Shown here in pieces: positions 52,611-62,726 of a DNA stretch of 64,000 bases. The DNA is taken from positions 96,001 to 160,000 of the forward strand of contig CAVUXE010000099.1 of assembly GCA_963745235.1 (NCBI GenBank), read 5' to 3'. The DNA is from an uncultured Spirochaetota bacterium. Its GTDB lineage: Bacteria; Spirochaetota; Spirochaetia; SZUA-6; Fen-1364. The notes beneath the pieces were generated by a model. It ran no database searches and was not told the origin of the DNA. It saw only the letters and a program-made list of their open reading frames with translations. The stretch's first letter is position 1. Every line of letters begins with the position of its first letter. The position numbers and the translations under genes were made by a program.

Positions 52611-52973
52611 TCAGCTTCGCTTCCTGAGGTTTCCGAAGAAGCGGATAAGGGAGTAGATCCCTGTTCCAATCAGGACGATCCCCGTGGCCCTGATCACAAA
52701 GTCCGCGGCCCGCACGAACCACGAAAGAACCGGGATGTGGCCCAGGAGACCTGTGGCAAGGGCAACCCCCCCGACCACGGCGGTGACAACTCCCAGAGTC
52801 CTGTCTGATTTGGAGCCGCTGAGAGCAAGACCCGCAATCAAAAGGACGGCTCCCGCTATTGTCGCGAACCATGTGCCGCCGGCCAGGATCAGGAGCGCCA
52901 CGCCGCCGCCAGCCGCCATGACTCCATAAACGCCCTGCTTCGCCAATTGGTTCCGGGGAACTATATCACTCAC
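52611..52973 (-). CDS. Small multi-TM membrane protein
   Basis: GTG start with SD GGAGG; four Gly/Ala-rich hydrophobic segments. Confidence 0.7.
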   Translation of the reverse strand: MSDIVPRNQLAKQGVYGVMAAGGGVALLILAGGTWFATIAGAVLLIAGLALSGSKSDRTLGVVTAVVGGVALATGLLGHIPVLSWFVRAADFVIRATGIVLIGTGIYSLIRFFGNLRKRS

Positions 52974-53076
52974 TGCGTGCCTCCATGATCGCTCCCAATG
53001 TACCAGCGACTGACGTCCCCTGTCCACCTCGCCGCGGCCGGGGTCGGCCGGGGCGACGGGCCTGCTGCGGCGCGAG

Positions 53077-53106
53077 TTGACATGGCGCGCGGAAAATCCC
53101 CAGAAT
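53077..53106 (+). promoter_or_regulatory. Promoter of the 53113 gene, probably leaderless
   Basis: TTGACA-18 bp-CAGAAT, 6 nt before the ATG. Confidence 0.5.
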
Positions 53107-53112
53107 AGGGCG

Positions 53113-53967
53113 ATGCATCCCCTTGCCAAGCGAATATCGCTGCTCGTGTCCGTGTTCTCGCTGGTCCTGGGCCTCTTCCTGCTTGGCTACAACCTGCGCG
53201 TCATTTCGGATACAGCAAAATCGATCGCCTTGAGCCTCTGGCCCGTCCTGATGGTCCTTGCCGGGATCATGCTGGTCATTGATTCGGTGAAGAAGCGCAG
53301 GTTCACCCGCGTTTCAAGCACGACCACGCGGAAGTTCCCCATCCACATCGAGAAGGCATCGCGGGAGCTTTCCTGCCGGGTCCAGTTTTCCTACGGCAGG
53401 CTGGTGCTCGGGCCCGCACCGGGAGAACCGCTGCTTGTCACGGAGCACGCGGGTCCTGCCATCCCTCCCCAGATCTCGCAGGAGACCGTAGGGGGGCTGG
53501 CGGAAATATCCATCGCAATGAGCCAGCCGCTTTTTCCCCCGCATTTTCAACAGAAGAATGCGTGGCGGCTGGAGCTGTCCAGGTCGCTGCCCATCACGTT
53601 GTCGCTTCAGCTCCATGCCGCAGATCTGCACATGGACCTGCGCCAACTGGACGTGGAGTCACTGGACCTCTCAACGGACTCCGGGACGCAGGAGATCCTG
53701 TTCGGTGCGCCCCGCAAGAAGCTGACGGGACAGGTCTACTGCGCCAGCGGGGACCTTTCCCTGATACTCTGCCCCGGCGTCTTCACGTGGGTGCACCTGC
53801 TCAACCCGTTCTGCCGTGTCGAGTACCCGCAGGGGGACTTCGAAAAGAGAGAAGACGGTTCCCTTGTGACCCCGTCCGTGGCGGACAGCCAGGGCAGCGT
53901 GGAGCTGACCGTGGATGGTCCCATCCGGAGGCTCGCCCTCGACATCCAGGACGGGCAGGAAACTTGA
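53113..53967 (+). CDS. Membrane protein with LiaI/LiaF-like TM hairpin and beta-rich domain
   Basis: LGLFLLGYNL..LWPVLMVLAGI motif; WRLELSRSLPITLSL..MDLRQLDVESLDL. Confidence 0.6.
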   Translation: MHPLAKRISLLVSVFSLVLGLFLLGYNLRVISDTAKSIALSLWPVLMVLAGIMLVIDSVKKRRFTRVSSTTTRKFPIHIEKASRELSCRVQFSYGRLVLGPAPGEPLLVTEHAGPAIPPQISQETVGGLAEISIAMSQPLFPPHFQQKNAWRLELSRSLPITLSLQLHAADLHMDLRQLDVESLDLSTDSGTQEILFGAPRKKLTGQVYCASGDLSLILCPGVFTWVHLLNPFCRVEYPQGDFEKREDGSLVTPSVADSQGSVELTVDGPIRRLALDIQDGQET

Positions 53968-54014
53968 ACAAGACACCTTCGCGTGCTACCCTTCTGCCTA
54001 CACGGGAGAGTTCA

Positions 54015-54605
54015 GTGAAAAGATGTTTCATCATGACCTGCCTGTCCATGGCCCTGGTTCTTTGTGCGCTCTCACCGGTTTTCGCCGCCGACACCAGCGC
54101 GCCGTCCCAGTACTCCCTGGGGGACCAGACTCTCTCCCTCAACCTCGGAGGTTTCATTCCGCTCTTTCTTGTTGGCGGCAGTCCCCAGGTCGGAAACGCG
54201 AACCTCTCCCTTGGCGGCATGGGGTCGATCGACTGGGCCGCGTACCTCTCCGCGCATTGGAGAATCGGCGCTTCCCTTGGCGGAACCTTCACCTTTGATC
54301 CAAACTTCACCGCTCTCCTGATGGTGCCTATCATCGCGAAGGTTTCGTACCTCATCGATTTCTACCCCTGGGAGGTTCCTCTGACCTTCGGGGCCGGCAT
54401 GAACATCGTCAAGTACAGTGCGGACTCCACAATCGACCTGCTCTTGAAACCGGGCACCGGACTCTTCTGGACGTACAACTCATCCTGGTCTTTCGGATTC
54501 AACCTGAACTACTGGTGGGACATGCAATTCACAAACGCTTCCAACATGGGCTTCGTGGCCGGCAATTTCCTGGAGTTATCCTTCAGTGCGCTCTACCATT
54601 ACTAG
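54015..54605 (+). CDS. TP0733-family outer-membrane beta-barrel (OmpW-like)
   Basis: Signal peptide; GDQTLSLNLG.FIPLF, WEVPLTFGAG and C-terminal GNFLELSFSALYHY. Upstream TTGAAC-17-TACCCT promoter. Confidence 0.75.
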   Translation: MKRCFIMTCLSMALVLCALSPVFAADTSAPSQYSLGDQTLSLNLGGFIPLFLVGGSPQVGNANLSLGGMGSIDWAAYLSAHWRIGASLGGTFTFDPNFTALLMVPIIAKVSYLIDFYPWEVPLTFGAGMNIVKYSADSTIDLLLKPGTGLFWTYNSSWSFGFNLNYWWDMQFTNASNMGFVAGNFLELSFSALYHY

Positions 54606-54627
54606 AAGACTGATCGAGGTGATTCGA

Positions 54628-55797
54628 ATGAAGGCTCTTTCACGCCTCCTGATCGCGGCGATAGGTGCGGCGGCATTTGCCTCCTGTACGCAGAACGGCA
54701 GCCTCATCTACTTGAATATCCAGAAAGTGACGAAGACCAACACGAGCTCAAGCATTCCCTTGGACATCACGGTGTCGGAAATCGTTGGCATAGGAGCTGG
54801 AGGCACCGCACCGTATTACGTCGCGGCCGGCAAGATCTACAACGGCACTGTACCCAGCCCCGGGTCAACGAACTGGAACGCCATCGGCGTGCCCCAAGCT
54901 AACGGCAAGGATATGTTGTGCAACGCGCTTACCTGGGACGGCACAAACCTCTGGGGCGGTTTCTTTTCCTCGGATGGCTCGACGTTCGGGTTGTACTCAA
55001 TGATTCCCAGCGTGGGCACATGGACTCAGGTAACTTCGGGACCAACGGTTGGAAAGCAGATTACGTATCTGAATGCCATCGGGAGCATCCTGTTTGTCGT
55101 TGCCGCCACCGATTCCAGTGGCACTTTTACCTATGAGCTCGACGCGTGGAATGGCACATGGGCTGCCAAATCTTCTGAGCGGCCTTTCCAGGCCGATAAC
55201 AGGTGTTGCCGCAACCACAACCCCCACGTACTACGCGACTTCAGGCAATACCCTGTATGCTTCGACCGGGCCCTATCCTGCCCTTGCTTTCTCCCCTGTC
55301 GCCGCGTTGTCAAGCGGGATCAAACGATCTTTTCCAGGGCATTTTCATCGACCCGCTCTACAACGGCGGCAGCGCAACCCTTCTTGTCATCCCTGAGCTC
55401 AAACCAGCAGACCCAGACCAACGGTATCGGCAGCGTCTGGTTCTCTATCAACGGGGGCGCGGCATGGTCAAACGCCACGACAAACGCCAGCACGAGCTAC
55501 AACGTCGGGTTCCTTTGCGTTGCCGGCCCAGTGGACTCCGGCCACACCATGTACCTTCTGGGCACGGATTCCGGCCTCGGTGGGGCATTCGGCTTCTTCT
55601 CTTTCCAGCCCAGCAGCAATAGTCTCAACAGGTTCGGCGGCATCTCCTACAGTCTCTATGCCTCCGCAGTGAGAAGGATCCTTGTCGACTCGACGAACCA
55701 GTTTGTCCTCATGGGCACCATCAACAACGGTCTCTGGGTGACAAGCGGCGTGGATTCATCCGGCGGTTTCGGCAGCAACTCCTGGACCCAGGAATAA
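54628..55797 (+). CDS. Beta-propeller surface lipoprotein (TP0136-like); compensating indels ~55170-55400
   Basis: Lipobox FASC; YYVAAGKIY motif; Ser/Thr/Gly-rich beta repeats. The middle part reads better in the neighbouring frames. Confidence 0.6.
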   Translation: MKALSRLLIAAIGAAAFASCTQNGSLIYLNIQKVTKTNTSSSIPLDITVSEIVGIGAGGTAPYYVAAGKIYNGTVPSPGSTNWNAIGVPQANGKDMLCNALTWDGTNLWGGFFSSDGSTFGLYSMIPSVGTWTQVTSGPTVGKQITYLNAIGSILFVVAATDSSGTFTYELDAWNGTWAAKSSERPFQADNRCCRNHNPHVLRDFRQYPVCFDRALSCPCFLPCRRVVKRDQTIFSRAFSSTRSTTAAAQPFLSSLSSNQQTQTNGIGSVWFSINGGAAWSNATTNASTSYNVGFLCVAGPVDSGHTMYLLGTDSGLGGAFGFFSFQPSSNSLNRFGGISYSLYASAVRRILVDSTNQFVLMGTINNGLWVTSGVDSSGGFGSNSWTQE

Positions 55798-55800
55798 AAC

Positions 55801-55827
55801 AGAAAGGCCGCTTGCAGCGGCCTTTTT
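55801..55827. terminator. Bidirectional intrinsic terminator
   Basis: AGAAAGGCCGCT-TGC-AGCGGCCTTTTT between convergent genes. Confidence 0.85.
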
Positions 55828-55828
55828 C

Positions 55829-56422
55829 CTAGAAGACCCCGGTCAGCTCGGGATCTTCATTGTAGTAGTGCGCCTTTTTTTCTTCCTCGGTGAGACCGAC
55901 CAGCTCGTGGCTCATGTAGTGGATCCAGAAATCGTCAGCGGGCGTGGCAAGCTCGTGGAACCTGCACCAGTAGTCGGGCTGGACCGGAAGCTGCTTCGTC
56001 ACATACTTGCGGATCTTGTAGTCGTGGACCGCCACGCGCACGTCTTCCCGGGGGATCCCCTGCTCCATGATGATTTCCACGAGGTGATTCACCGTCCGTC
56101 CTGAATCGAAAATGTCGTCCACCAGCAGGACCTTGTCCCCGTTGCGCAGGTAGGCGGGATTGTATGTCCACCCGTCCACGCGCACCTTGTCCTGCGCGCC
56201 GATGTCCCGGTAGGACCGCGCCACCACGGCCGCGTAGTACGCGGGGCGCTTGTCCTTGCGCTTGATCTTGAAATACTCGCTGATGACGTTTCCCATGTAG
56301 GCCCCGCCGCGCAGGGAGACGTAGATCACGTCGGGGACGAATCCTTCGCGGTTGATGTGGTCCGCAAGCTTGATGGCATTATTGCGCACGGTCTGGTAGG
56401 GGAGAAATTCCTTATGCAACAT
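55829..56422 (-). CDS. Type I phosphoribosyltransferase
   Basis: PDVIYVSLRGG and PRPP-binding loop VLLVDDIFDSGRT. Confidence 0.88.
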   Translation of the reverse strand: MLHKEFLPYQTVRNNAIKLADHINREGFVPDVIYVSLRGGAYMGNVISEYFKIKRKDKRPAYYAAVVARSYRDIGAQDKVRVDGWTYNPAYLRNGDKVLLVDDIFDSGRTVNHLVEIIMEQGIPREDVRVAVHDYKIRKYVTKQLPVQPDYWCRFHELATPADDFWIHYMSHELVGLTEEEKKAHYYNEDPELTGVF

Positions 56423-56431
56423 CGACGCAGT

Positions 56432-57181
56432 CTAATCGAAACGGGTCAGAATTTCCATTCGGTCCTTGAGGACCACCACGGTGTGCTCGAAATGAGCCGA
56501 GTCGGATCCGTCCGCGGTGATGACGGTCCAGCCGTCCTCCAGGAGCTCCACATCGCCCGAGCCCGCGTTGATCATGGGCTCGATGGCAAGGACCATTCCT
56601 TCCTTCAGGCGCGGATTCGGTCCCCCGCCCACGTAGTTCGGCACCTGCGGGTCCTCGTGCGGCGCGAAGCCCACCCCGTGGCCGCAATAGTCCCGTACCA
56701 CCCCGCACGAGCTTCCCACGGCATGGTCGTAGACGGCGCGGGAGATGTCGCTGATCCTGTTTCCGGCGACTGCCTCCTCCACGGCGAGCTCCAGGCACTC
56801 CCGTGTCACGCGAAGGAGCGTTTCCCTTCTTCGGGAAACGGCGCCGACAGGCAGGGAGACCGCGGCATCAGAGAAGTAGCCGTTGAGGTTGACTCCCAGG
56901 TCAAGGCTGACAATGTCGCCGGCGCGCAGCCGCCGAGGGCCGGGGATTCCGTGGATGACCTCATTGTTGATGGAGACGCACAAGGATGCAGGGTAGTTCA
57001 TGTACCCGAGGAACCATGGCTTGCCGCCGTGACCCTCGATGTACGATTTCGCAAAGGAATCAAGCTCCCGGGTCGCCACGCCTTCGGTGACAAGCTGTTT
57101 CAGCTCCTGGAGGGTGCGCGAAAGCAGTCTGCCCGACTCCCGGATGCCCGCAATTTCTTTCTCGTTCTTGAGACGGATCAT
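56432..57181 (-). CDS. map: Methionine aminopeptidase type I
   Basis: SINNEVIHGIP, DLGV..GYFSD, GHGVG..HEDP, AIEPMI and SAHFEHT motifs. Confidence 0.97.
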   Translation of the reverse strand: MIRLKNEKEIAGIRESGRLLSRTLQELKQLVTEGVATRELDSFAKSYIEGHGGKPWFLGYMNYPASLCVSINNEVIHGIPGPRRLRAGDIVSLDLGVNLNGYFSDAAVSLPVGAVSRRRETLLRVTRECLELAVEEAVAGNRISDISRAVYDHAVGSSCGVVRDYCGHGVGFAPHEDPQVPNYVGGGPNPRLKEGMVLAIEPMINAGSGDVELLEDGWTVITADGSDSAHFEHTVVVLKDRMEILTRFD

Positions 57182-57188
57182 TCCAGGG

Positions 57189-57647
57189 CTATTTGCCCGC
57201 CTCCTCCTTGTCCTTTGCTTTTTCTTTCTTCTTTTCCTTCAGGAGGGAAGAAAAGGCCTCTTCCGTCTCCGCGCCGAAAGACTCTTCAATGATCTTGCGC
57301 GCCTCGTCGGACAATCCGGAGGTGATTGTGACCCTTCCCTCCGTAACGACCCCCGGCTCCATGGTGAGCTTCGGTGTGGAGATGTTGCCGAGCACTTTCC
57401 CGGTGTGGAGCAGGCTGACCTCTTCAGAGGCGGTGATGTTGCCGATCAGGGTCCCCGCAACCGTCACCCGCCGGGCAACGATGTCGGTCTTCACCTTCCC
57501 CGTTGGACCCACGACGAGCTGGTCATCAGTCCGGATGTCGCCCTGGAACTTTCCTTCTATCAGAATGGAGCCGTTCACGTAAAAGCGACCGTTGAAGACG
57601 GATCCCTCTCCAATGATGCAGTTGCTGTTCTCATTCTTATTCGGCAT
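57189..57647 (-). CDS. Bactofilin (polymer-forming cytoskeletal protein)
   Basis: IIGEGSVFNG..IEGKFQGDI..VGPTGKV..VAGTLIGNITA..GKVLGNI..MEPGVVTEG beta-helix pattern. Confidence 0.9.
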   Translation of the reverse strand: MPNKNENSNCIIGEGSVFNGRFYVNGSILIEGKFQGDIRTDDQLVVGPTGKVKTDIVARRVTVAGTLIGNITASEEVSLLHTGKVLGNISTPKLTMEPGVVTEGRVTITSGLSDEARKIIEESFGAETEEAFSSLLKEKKKEKAKDKEEAGK

Positions 57648-57718
57648 GCGGTCTCCTTGCCCACCTGGTTTCGCCTGCGCCTGATCCGACCGGGCGCCTC
57701 CGGGCCGTGCAAAAGATA

Positions 57719-59390
57719 TCATTGATCCCGCTGGGCTTCAAGTTTCCGCAGCTCCAATCCGGGCTCCAGCAGGTGCGGATCCAGCACGCGGGCGCGAAGA
57801 AAGGCATCGCGAGCGCCCGGGATGTCCCCCGTTGCAAGCAGGCATCTTCCCTTCAGCGTCTGGATTCGCGCCTGCACCTGGCGCCCTGCCGAGGCGCTTG
57901 CGGCGAGGGACACCCCGGCGGAAGACCCTGCTTCCGTCTCAGCGTTGCCGAGCTGCGCGAGGGCTTCCCGCGGATGCCCCGCGCGCAGCAGCAGGACAGC
58001 GAGGTCGTACCGGTACTTTCCGCCGCCGTCCTGGTTCGCAGCCTGGCTCAAGAGCCCCGCCGCCCGGTCCTCTTTCCCCTGCACGGCCTCCACAAGCCCG
58101 TGGATCGCAAGCCCGTCCGCGTCCTGCCCTCCCTGCGCAATTTCGTGCTGGTGGATGGCGATGCCGGCGCTTTCCCAATCGTGGGAGGTGACCAGCGCTG
58201 AAATCAAGGTCATGTACACTTTCTGGTCCGAGGGCAGACGGTCGAACAGCTTCCAAAGCGCTGCGCGGTACGCCTGCGGGGACAATCCGGGCGCCGCGAG
58301 AGCAAGCCGCAGAAGTGCGGCCTCTGCGTCGTCAGGCCTTTCCGCAACCAGCGCGTCCAGGAGTGAAAGCGCCGCGGCAGGGTTCCCCTGGCCTGCCTCC
58401 AGGCGCGCCGTGGCCAGCACGAGCTCGCGGGAACCGGGAAAAACAGCCCTCCCCTGCGCAAGAATGTCTCTGGCCAGAGACGGAGTTCCTTGCGTTTCGG
58501 CCAGGAGCGCGAGGTCTGCATATGGTGTCCAGGAAATCCTGGGATCCAACCTGATTGCCGCGTGGAGGGCATCCCCGTAGTCACTGCTCCTCCCCATGGC
58601 ATGGTAGCAGTCTGCCTGCAGCAGAGCGATATCCGCCCTCGGACCGCGGCGCGACTGGAGCCTGGTAAGCCTGGCGACCGCGGTCTGGAAATCCCCGGCA
58701 TCATAGGCAATCAGTGAGGCCGGCTCGTCGAACGCGCTGTCCTGCAGTGCGGTGGCGGCGATCTCCCGCGCGCTCGCGAGGTCACCGTTCGACAGTGACA
58801 GGAGCGCTGCGTCCAGACCGAGGCGCTTGTCGTCCACGCTCCGCGCCGCCTGCACGAAGTCCGACGCCTGCCGCGAGGTTTCCAGTTTGACGAGGTCCCT
58901 GGTGAGACTGTCCGAACCGAGCCAGCTGCCCCCTTTCCTGAGAAGTATCTCGCCGCGCACCAGCTCTCCGTTCCCCGCGGGCAGCCCCTTGCCGGGCAAC
59001 GGCCTCTGCGTCGGAGAGCCGCCCCGTCCGAAGCCATGAGTAGGCGGCCACGAGGCGAATAGCGGGGCTCGAGGAGAGGGAAATCTGGGCGCGGTCGCAC
59101 ATCACGGCCAGAAGGCCGAAGTCCCCTCCTTCCCGGCACAGCGCGTAGGCCCGTTTGAAGATGCGAAGCGCATCCCTTTCTCCGCGGGGGAAAGGCCGTA
59201 TTGCCAGCAGCTCCGCTCGCGCGGTGGAAAGGTATCCTCCCGAAAGTGCGGCATCTATGACTGCGAGCCGTGATGTGATATCCGGAGGCGGAAAAACGAT
59301 CGGAAGAACAAGGAAGTACCCACCCGCGATGATGACGCAGGAGCAAGCGATGATTGCTGCAACCAGGACCAAGGTCCGCCGCAGGCGCAT
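57719..59390 (-). CDS. Membrane-anchored TPR protein, indel near 58990
   Basis: N-terminal TM (ORF 58782-59390) continuing into the TPR-rich ORF 57719-58999. Confidence 0.72.
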
Positions 59391-59396
59391 GGGTTC

Positions 59397-59819
59397 CTAC
59401 TCTCCCAGGTACTTCTTGCGCACCCCGTCGAGCACACCGTTGACAAATCTGTAGGAATCAGAAGTCCCGAAGGTCTTCGATATGTCCACCGCTTCATCGA
59501 TGGTCACGGTTGCGGGGATATCCTTCTGATGGAGGAGGCAATAGACGCTCATCCGTAATATTGCCAGATCCACCTTGTTCAGCCGGGTAAAATCCCAGTT
59601 TTCGAGCTGGCCGCTTATCACCGTGTCGATCTGAGCAAGGTTCTCGATTGCGCCGTGGATCAGCAGGTGCGCAAAGGTGACTGTTTCACTGCCGAGCTTC
59701 TGGGTCTTTTCCCCGTCCAGCCAGGAGAAATCAAGAAGATCCTCCACGGCGGCGCCGGAAAGGTCGTAGCGGTACAGCGACTGGAAGGCAATGATCCTTC
59801 CCTTCCTTCTGGCACCCAT
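59397..59819 (-). CDS. nusB: Transcription antitermination factor NusB
   Basis: RRKGRIIAFQSLY, WDFTRLNKVDLAILR, IDEAV.ISK.F and FVNGVLD motifs. Confidence 0.96.
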   Translation of the reverse strand: MGARRKGRIIAFQSLYRYDLSGAAVEDLLDFSWLDGEKTQKLGSETVTFAHLLIHGAIENLAQIDTVISGQLENWDFTRLNKVDLAILRMSVYCLLHQKDIPATVTIDEAVDISKTFGTSDSYRFVNGVLDGVRKKYLGE

Positions 59820-59846
59820 GGCTCCCCGGTGTGGCCGCGCTCCCCT

Positions 59847-60902
59847 TTACCAGGACAGGTTGTCGTCGAACACCCGAACCTCTGCCTGCTTCTTCAGGTC
59901 GGCAACGATGGCGGTCAAGGCCGTCCCGAGCGCCTCGTTCTGGCGCTGGATGGTCAGATTGCCCCGGATGTATTCCCGAAGGGTGACCTGGAACTGCGGC
60001 GGGACCTTGTCATCCAGGGTGAGAAGCCGGGCATCCATGCGGTTGACCACCTGGACGATGTGGAAGCCGATGTTCGAGGGGATCACGTCGCTGGTTTGCC
60101 CCTTCGTCAGCTTGAATATCTCGTCAATGAAGTCCTTGCCGAAGAACTGCAGCCGCTGGGGATCCGAGCGAACGAACGTCCCGATATCCCCGCCCTTGTA
60201 CTTCGAGACAGTATCCTCCGAGTATTTCATGACGAGGTCTCCGAAGGAGGCTCCCCCCTTGAGCTCCTTGAGGATGTCATCCGCGCGTTTGCGCGCCCTG
60301 TCCTTGTCCTCTTTGGAAACAAGCGCCCGGGTGTCCACGAAGATGTGTCGTATCGTGACCATGTCATCCACGAAGAAGCTCTTCTTGTTCGAATCGTAAA
60401 AATCCTGGATGTCCGCGTCCTTGACGGGCTTGATTGATTCCAGGAGACCCTTGTTTTTGGCCCGCACGTAGTCGAACATCAGCAGCTGATCCTTGATCTG
60501 CTTCTGGAACTCGTCCCATGACATGCCGTTGTTGCGCACGTAGGCCTGCAGCTCCTGGTCCGTGAAGGGCCTCCCGAGGTTGGCGGCCGTCCCCAGGCTC
60601 TTCTGGTACTCCTGGACTCGGGCGGTGATCTCCGCGTCCGAGACGGCGATCTTGTCCCGGTCAGCCGCCTGCTCTATCAGGGCCGTTCCAATCAGCTGAT
60701 CCAGGACCTGCTTGCGCTCGTCCTTTGTCAGTGAGCGGCGGTACTGAGTCTCCAGCGGGCCGACAATTCTCTGCAGCTGGCTGACGGTGACGGACTGCGT
60801 CCGCGTGAGCCGGACGGTCGCGGCCGGCCTGTCCAGGACCTGCGCCCAGGCCCCCGACGCAACAAGGACAGCCAGCGCAGCCAACAGAATGGATCTTCTC
60901 AT
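59847..60902 (-). CDS. Exported parvulin-type peptidyl-prolyl isomerase (SurA/PrsA-like)
   Basis: Signal peptide; IRHIFV, F.DLVMKYSED..SKYKGGDIG and SNIGFHIVQV motifs. Confidence 0.88.
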   Translation of the reverse strand: MRRSILLAALAVLVASGAWAQVLDRPAATVRLTRTQSVTVSQLQRIVGPLETQYRRSLTKDERKQVLDQLIGTALIEQAADRDKIAVSDAEITARVQEYQKSLGTAANLGRPFTDQELQAYVRNNGMSWDEFQKQIKDQLLMFDYVRAKNKGLLESIKPVKDADIQDFYDSNKKSFFVDDMVTIRHIFVDTRALVSKEDKDRARKRADDILKELKGGASFGDLVMKYSEDTVSKYKGGDIGTFVRSDPQRLQFFGKDFIDEIFKLTKGQTSDVIPSNIGFHIVQVVNRMDARLLTLDDKVPPQFQVTLREYIRGNLTIQRQNEALGTALTAIVADLKKQAEVRVFDDNLSW

Positions 60903-60969
60903 GATGGATTATGCTCCTCTGTGTGTGCAGTCGGGCGAGCCGAGAGCGAAGGTCAGTAAACTCAAGTGA

Positions 60970-61779
60970 TCAGGGATTGTCAAGGCACACCGGACGGCCG
61001 ATGCGTTCCATGAGCTTTTTCACGCCCGAGAGCTTCCGGTCCAATTGTAATCCCTTCCGCAGGCAATGCAAAGCCGTCTCCTGGTTGCCGTTGGCGGCGT
61101 AGACCTCCGCAAGCTTCTTGTAGAAGAAGGCGTTGTCCTTGCGGGAAAAGTTGAAGCGGACCATTTCCTTGAGCCGCGCAATCGAGTCCGCCGGCTCGAG
61201 CTGGGGCAGCATCTTGAAGCAGAGCAGCGCGCGGAGCCTGTCGATGACCTCGTCTACGAAATGGTGGAAGTACGGCTTCTCTCTTTCGTAGCGGCAGAGC
61301 TTGGTGTACAGCTGGTAGGCTTCCACGAATCTTTCCCGGGACTCGAACACCTCTGCCAGGAGAAACGCGCAGTCCATGTAGTCCTCGCGGGAAAGGTACC
61401 TCTCGAGCTCGAAGCTGCCCGCGAGGGTCAGGCTCTGGTAGAGCTCGATTGCGTCATCCGGCATGTTGGCGAGGAGGTCATGAAAGATCAACTTGGACTG
61501 GCTGAAGGGGTCGTCACGCCTTCTTCGAAGGAACTCTCGGTAGTCGAAGCCTCGAACGCGGGCAAGAGACCGCAGCGCACGGTCGTACTCATCTCTTTTT
61601 CCAATGTCGCTCAGGACCTCGTAGGCGGTCAACAGGAGGCGCATGTCCTCCTGCGCCTGCACGCCGTCTTCCTGCCTGAGGTCAGGGTGCATCTCTTTTG
61701 CCCGGCGCCGGAATGATTTCTTGATTTCCTGGGTCGTCGAGTTCTGCGTGATGCCCAGTACTTCGTAGTAATTGATCAT
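60970..61779 (-). CDS. DnaJ-domain protein with C-terminal TPR
   Basis: NYYEVLGI..EIKKSFRRRAKEMHPD..AYEVLSD..R.EYD J-domain. Upstream TTGACA-17-TACGAT promoter. Confidence 0.88.
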   Translation of the reverse strand: MINYYEVLGITQNSTTQEIKKSFRRRAKEMHPDLRQEDGVQAQEDMRLLLTAYEVLSDIGKRDEYDRALRSLARVRGFDYREFLRRRRDDPFSQSKLIFHDLLANMPDDAIELYQSLTLAGSFELERYLSREDYMDCAFLLAEVFESRERFVEAYQLYTKLCRYEREKPYFHHFVDEVIDRLRALLCFKMLPQLEPADSIARLKEMVRFNFSRKDNAFFYKKLAEVYAANGNQETALHCLRKGLQLDRKLSGVKKLMERIGRPVCLDNP

Positions 61780-61914
61780 CGCCAACCCTGATTACATCGT
61801 AGCCGCTCGCCAAGCGAATGTCAAGGCAACGTGGACAAAGTGACCCAGTTGATGGGCGGTGGCGGCCACCTGGCGCCTGTGGCGCTTCATCCAGCGGCAT
61901 GATAGAGTGAGCTC

Positions 61915-62688
61915 ATGTTCGGCTTCCTCGTAAAGAAGGCATTTTTCGACATGTGGGACAACCTGTTCCGCATCCTGATCATGAACCTCGGTTACATCGC
62001 CATCCTGGCCGTATTCTTCCTGCTCGCGCCTCTGTTCATTTCCCTTCCGGCCCTCTTTGTCGGCACGATCATCCTGGGCGTGGCGCTTTTTGCTGTGTAC
62101 ACCGGCGCAGTCAGCAGGATGTGCGCTGAGATAGCTGATTATCGCCAGCCGGGCTTCGCGGATTTTTTCCGTTTCCTGCGGGAGAGCTTTCCGTCCAGCC
62201 TTCTCTTTGCCCTGACTGTCTGCGCGTACGGGCTGATTGTCTCAGTTGCTTTCCGCTTTTACGGGGGAATGAAAAGCATCGCGGGTCCCCTTGCGGTTGC
62301 ATTGCTTTTCTGGGTCACCGTGGCCGGGCTCCTTGCCGCGCAATTCTACTTTCCCATCCAGTCCCGCCTGGACAGGAAATATCGCAAGATTACGAGAAAA
62401 AGCTTCCTTGTTTTTTTCGACAATCCGGGCTTCTCGATCGGCCTGGCAATCTGCGTGCTGATTGTCCTGGTCGCGTCCCTGTTCACCGCGCTCCTGTTGC
62501 CAGGGCTGACGACAGTTCTCCTGTGGTGGAATGTCGCCTTCAAGCTGCGCCTTTACAAGTACGACTGGATTGAGCAGAACCCGGGTGAAAACAGGCGCCG
62601 CGTGCCCTGGGATGCACTGCTCGTCGAGGACCGGGAGCGCGTCGGAAAGAGAACCCTGCGCGGAATGATCTTCCCCTGGCGGGAATAA
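61915..62688 (+). CDS. Conserved multi-TM membrane protein
   Basis: About six hydrophobic segments; intact 257-aa ORF; TGA-TAGAGT -10 six nt before the ATG. Confidence 0.75.
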   Translation: MFGFLVKKAFFDMWDNLFRILIMNLGYIAILAVFFLLAPLFISLPALFVGTIILGVALFAVYTGAVSRMCAEIADYRQPGFADFFRFLRESFPSSLLFALTVCAYGLIVSVAFRFYGGMKSIAGPLAVALLFWVTVAGLLAAQFYFPIQSRLDRKYRKITRKSFLVFFDNPGFSIGLAICVLIVLVASLFTALLLPGLTTVLLWWNVAFKLRLYKYDWIEQNPGENRRRVPWDALLVEDRERVGKRTLRGMIFPWRE

Positions 62689-62726
62689 TCGAGCCGGGAG
62701 GAAGGACCTCGACACCCCTCCGCGGC

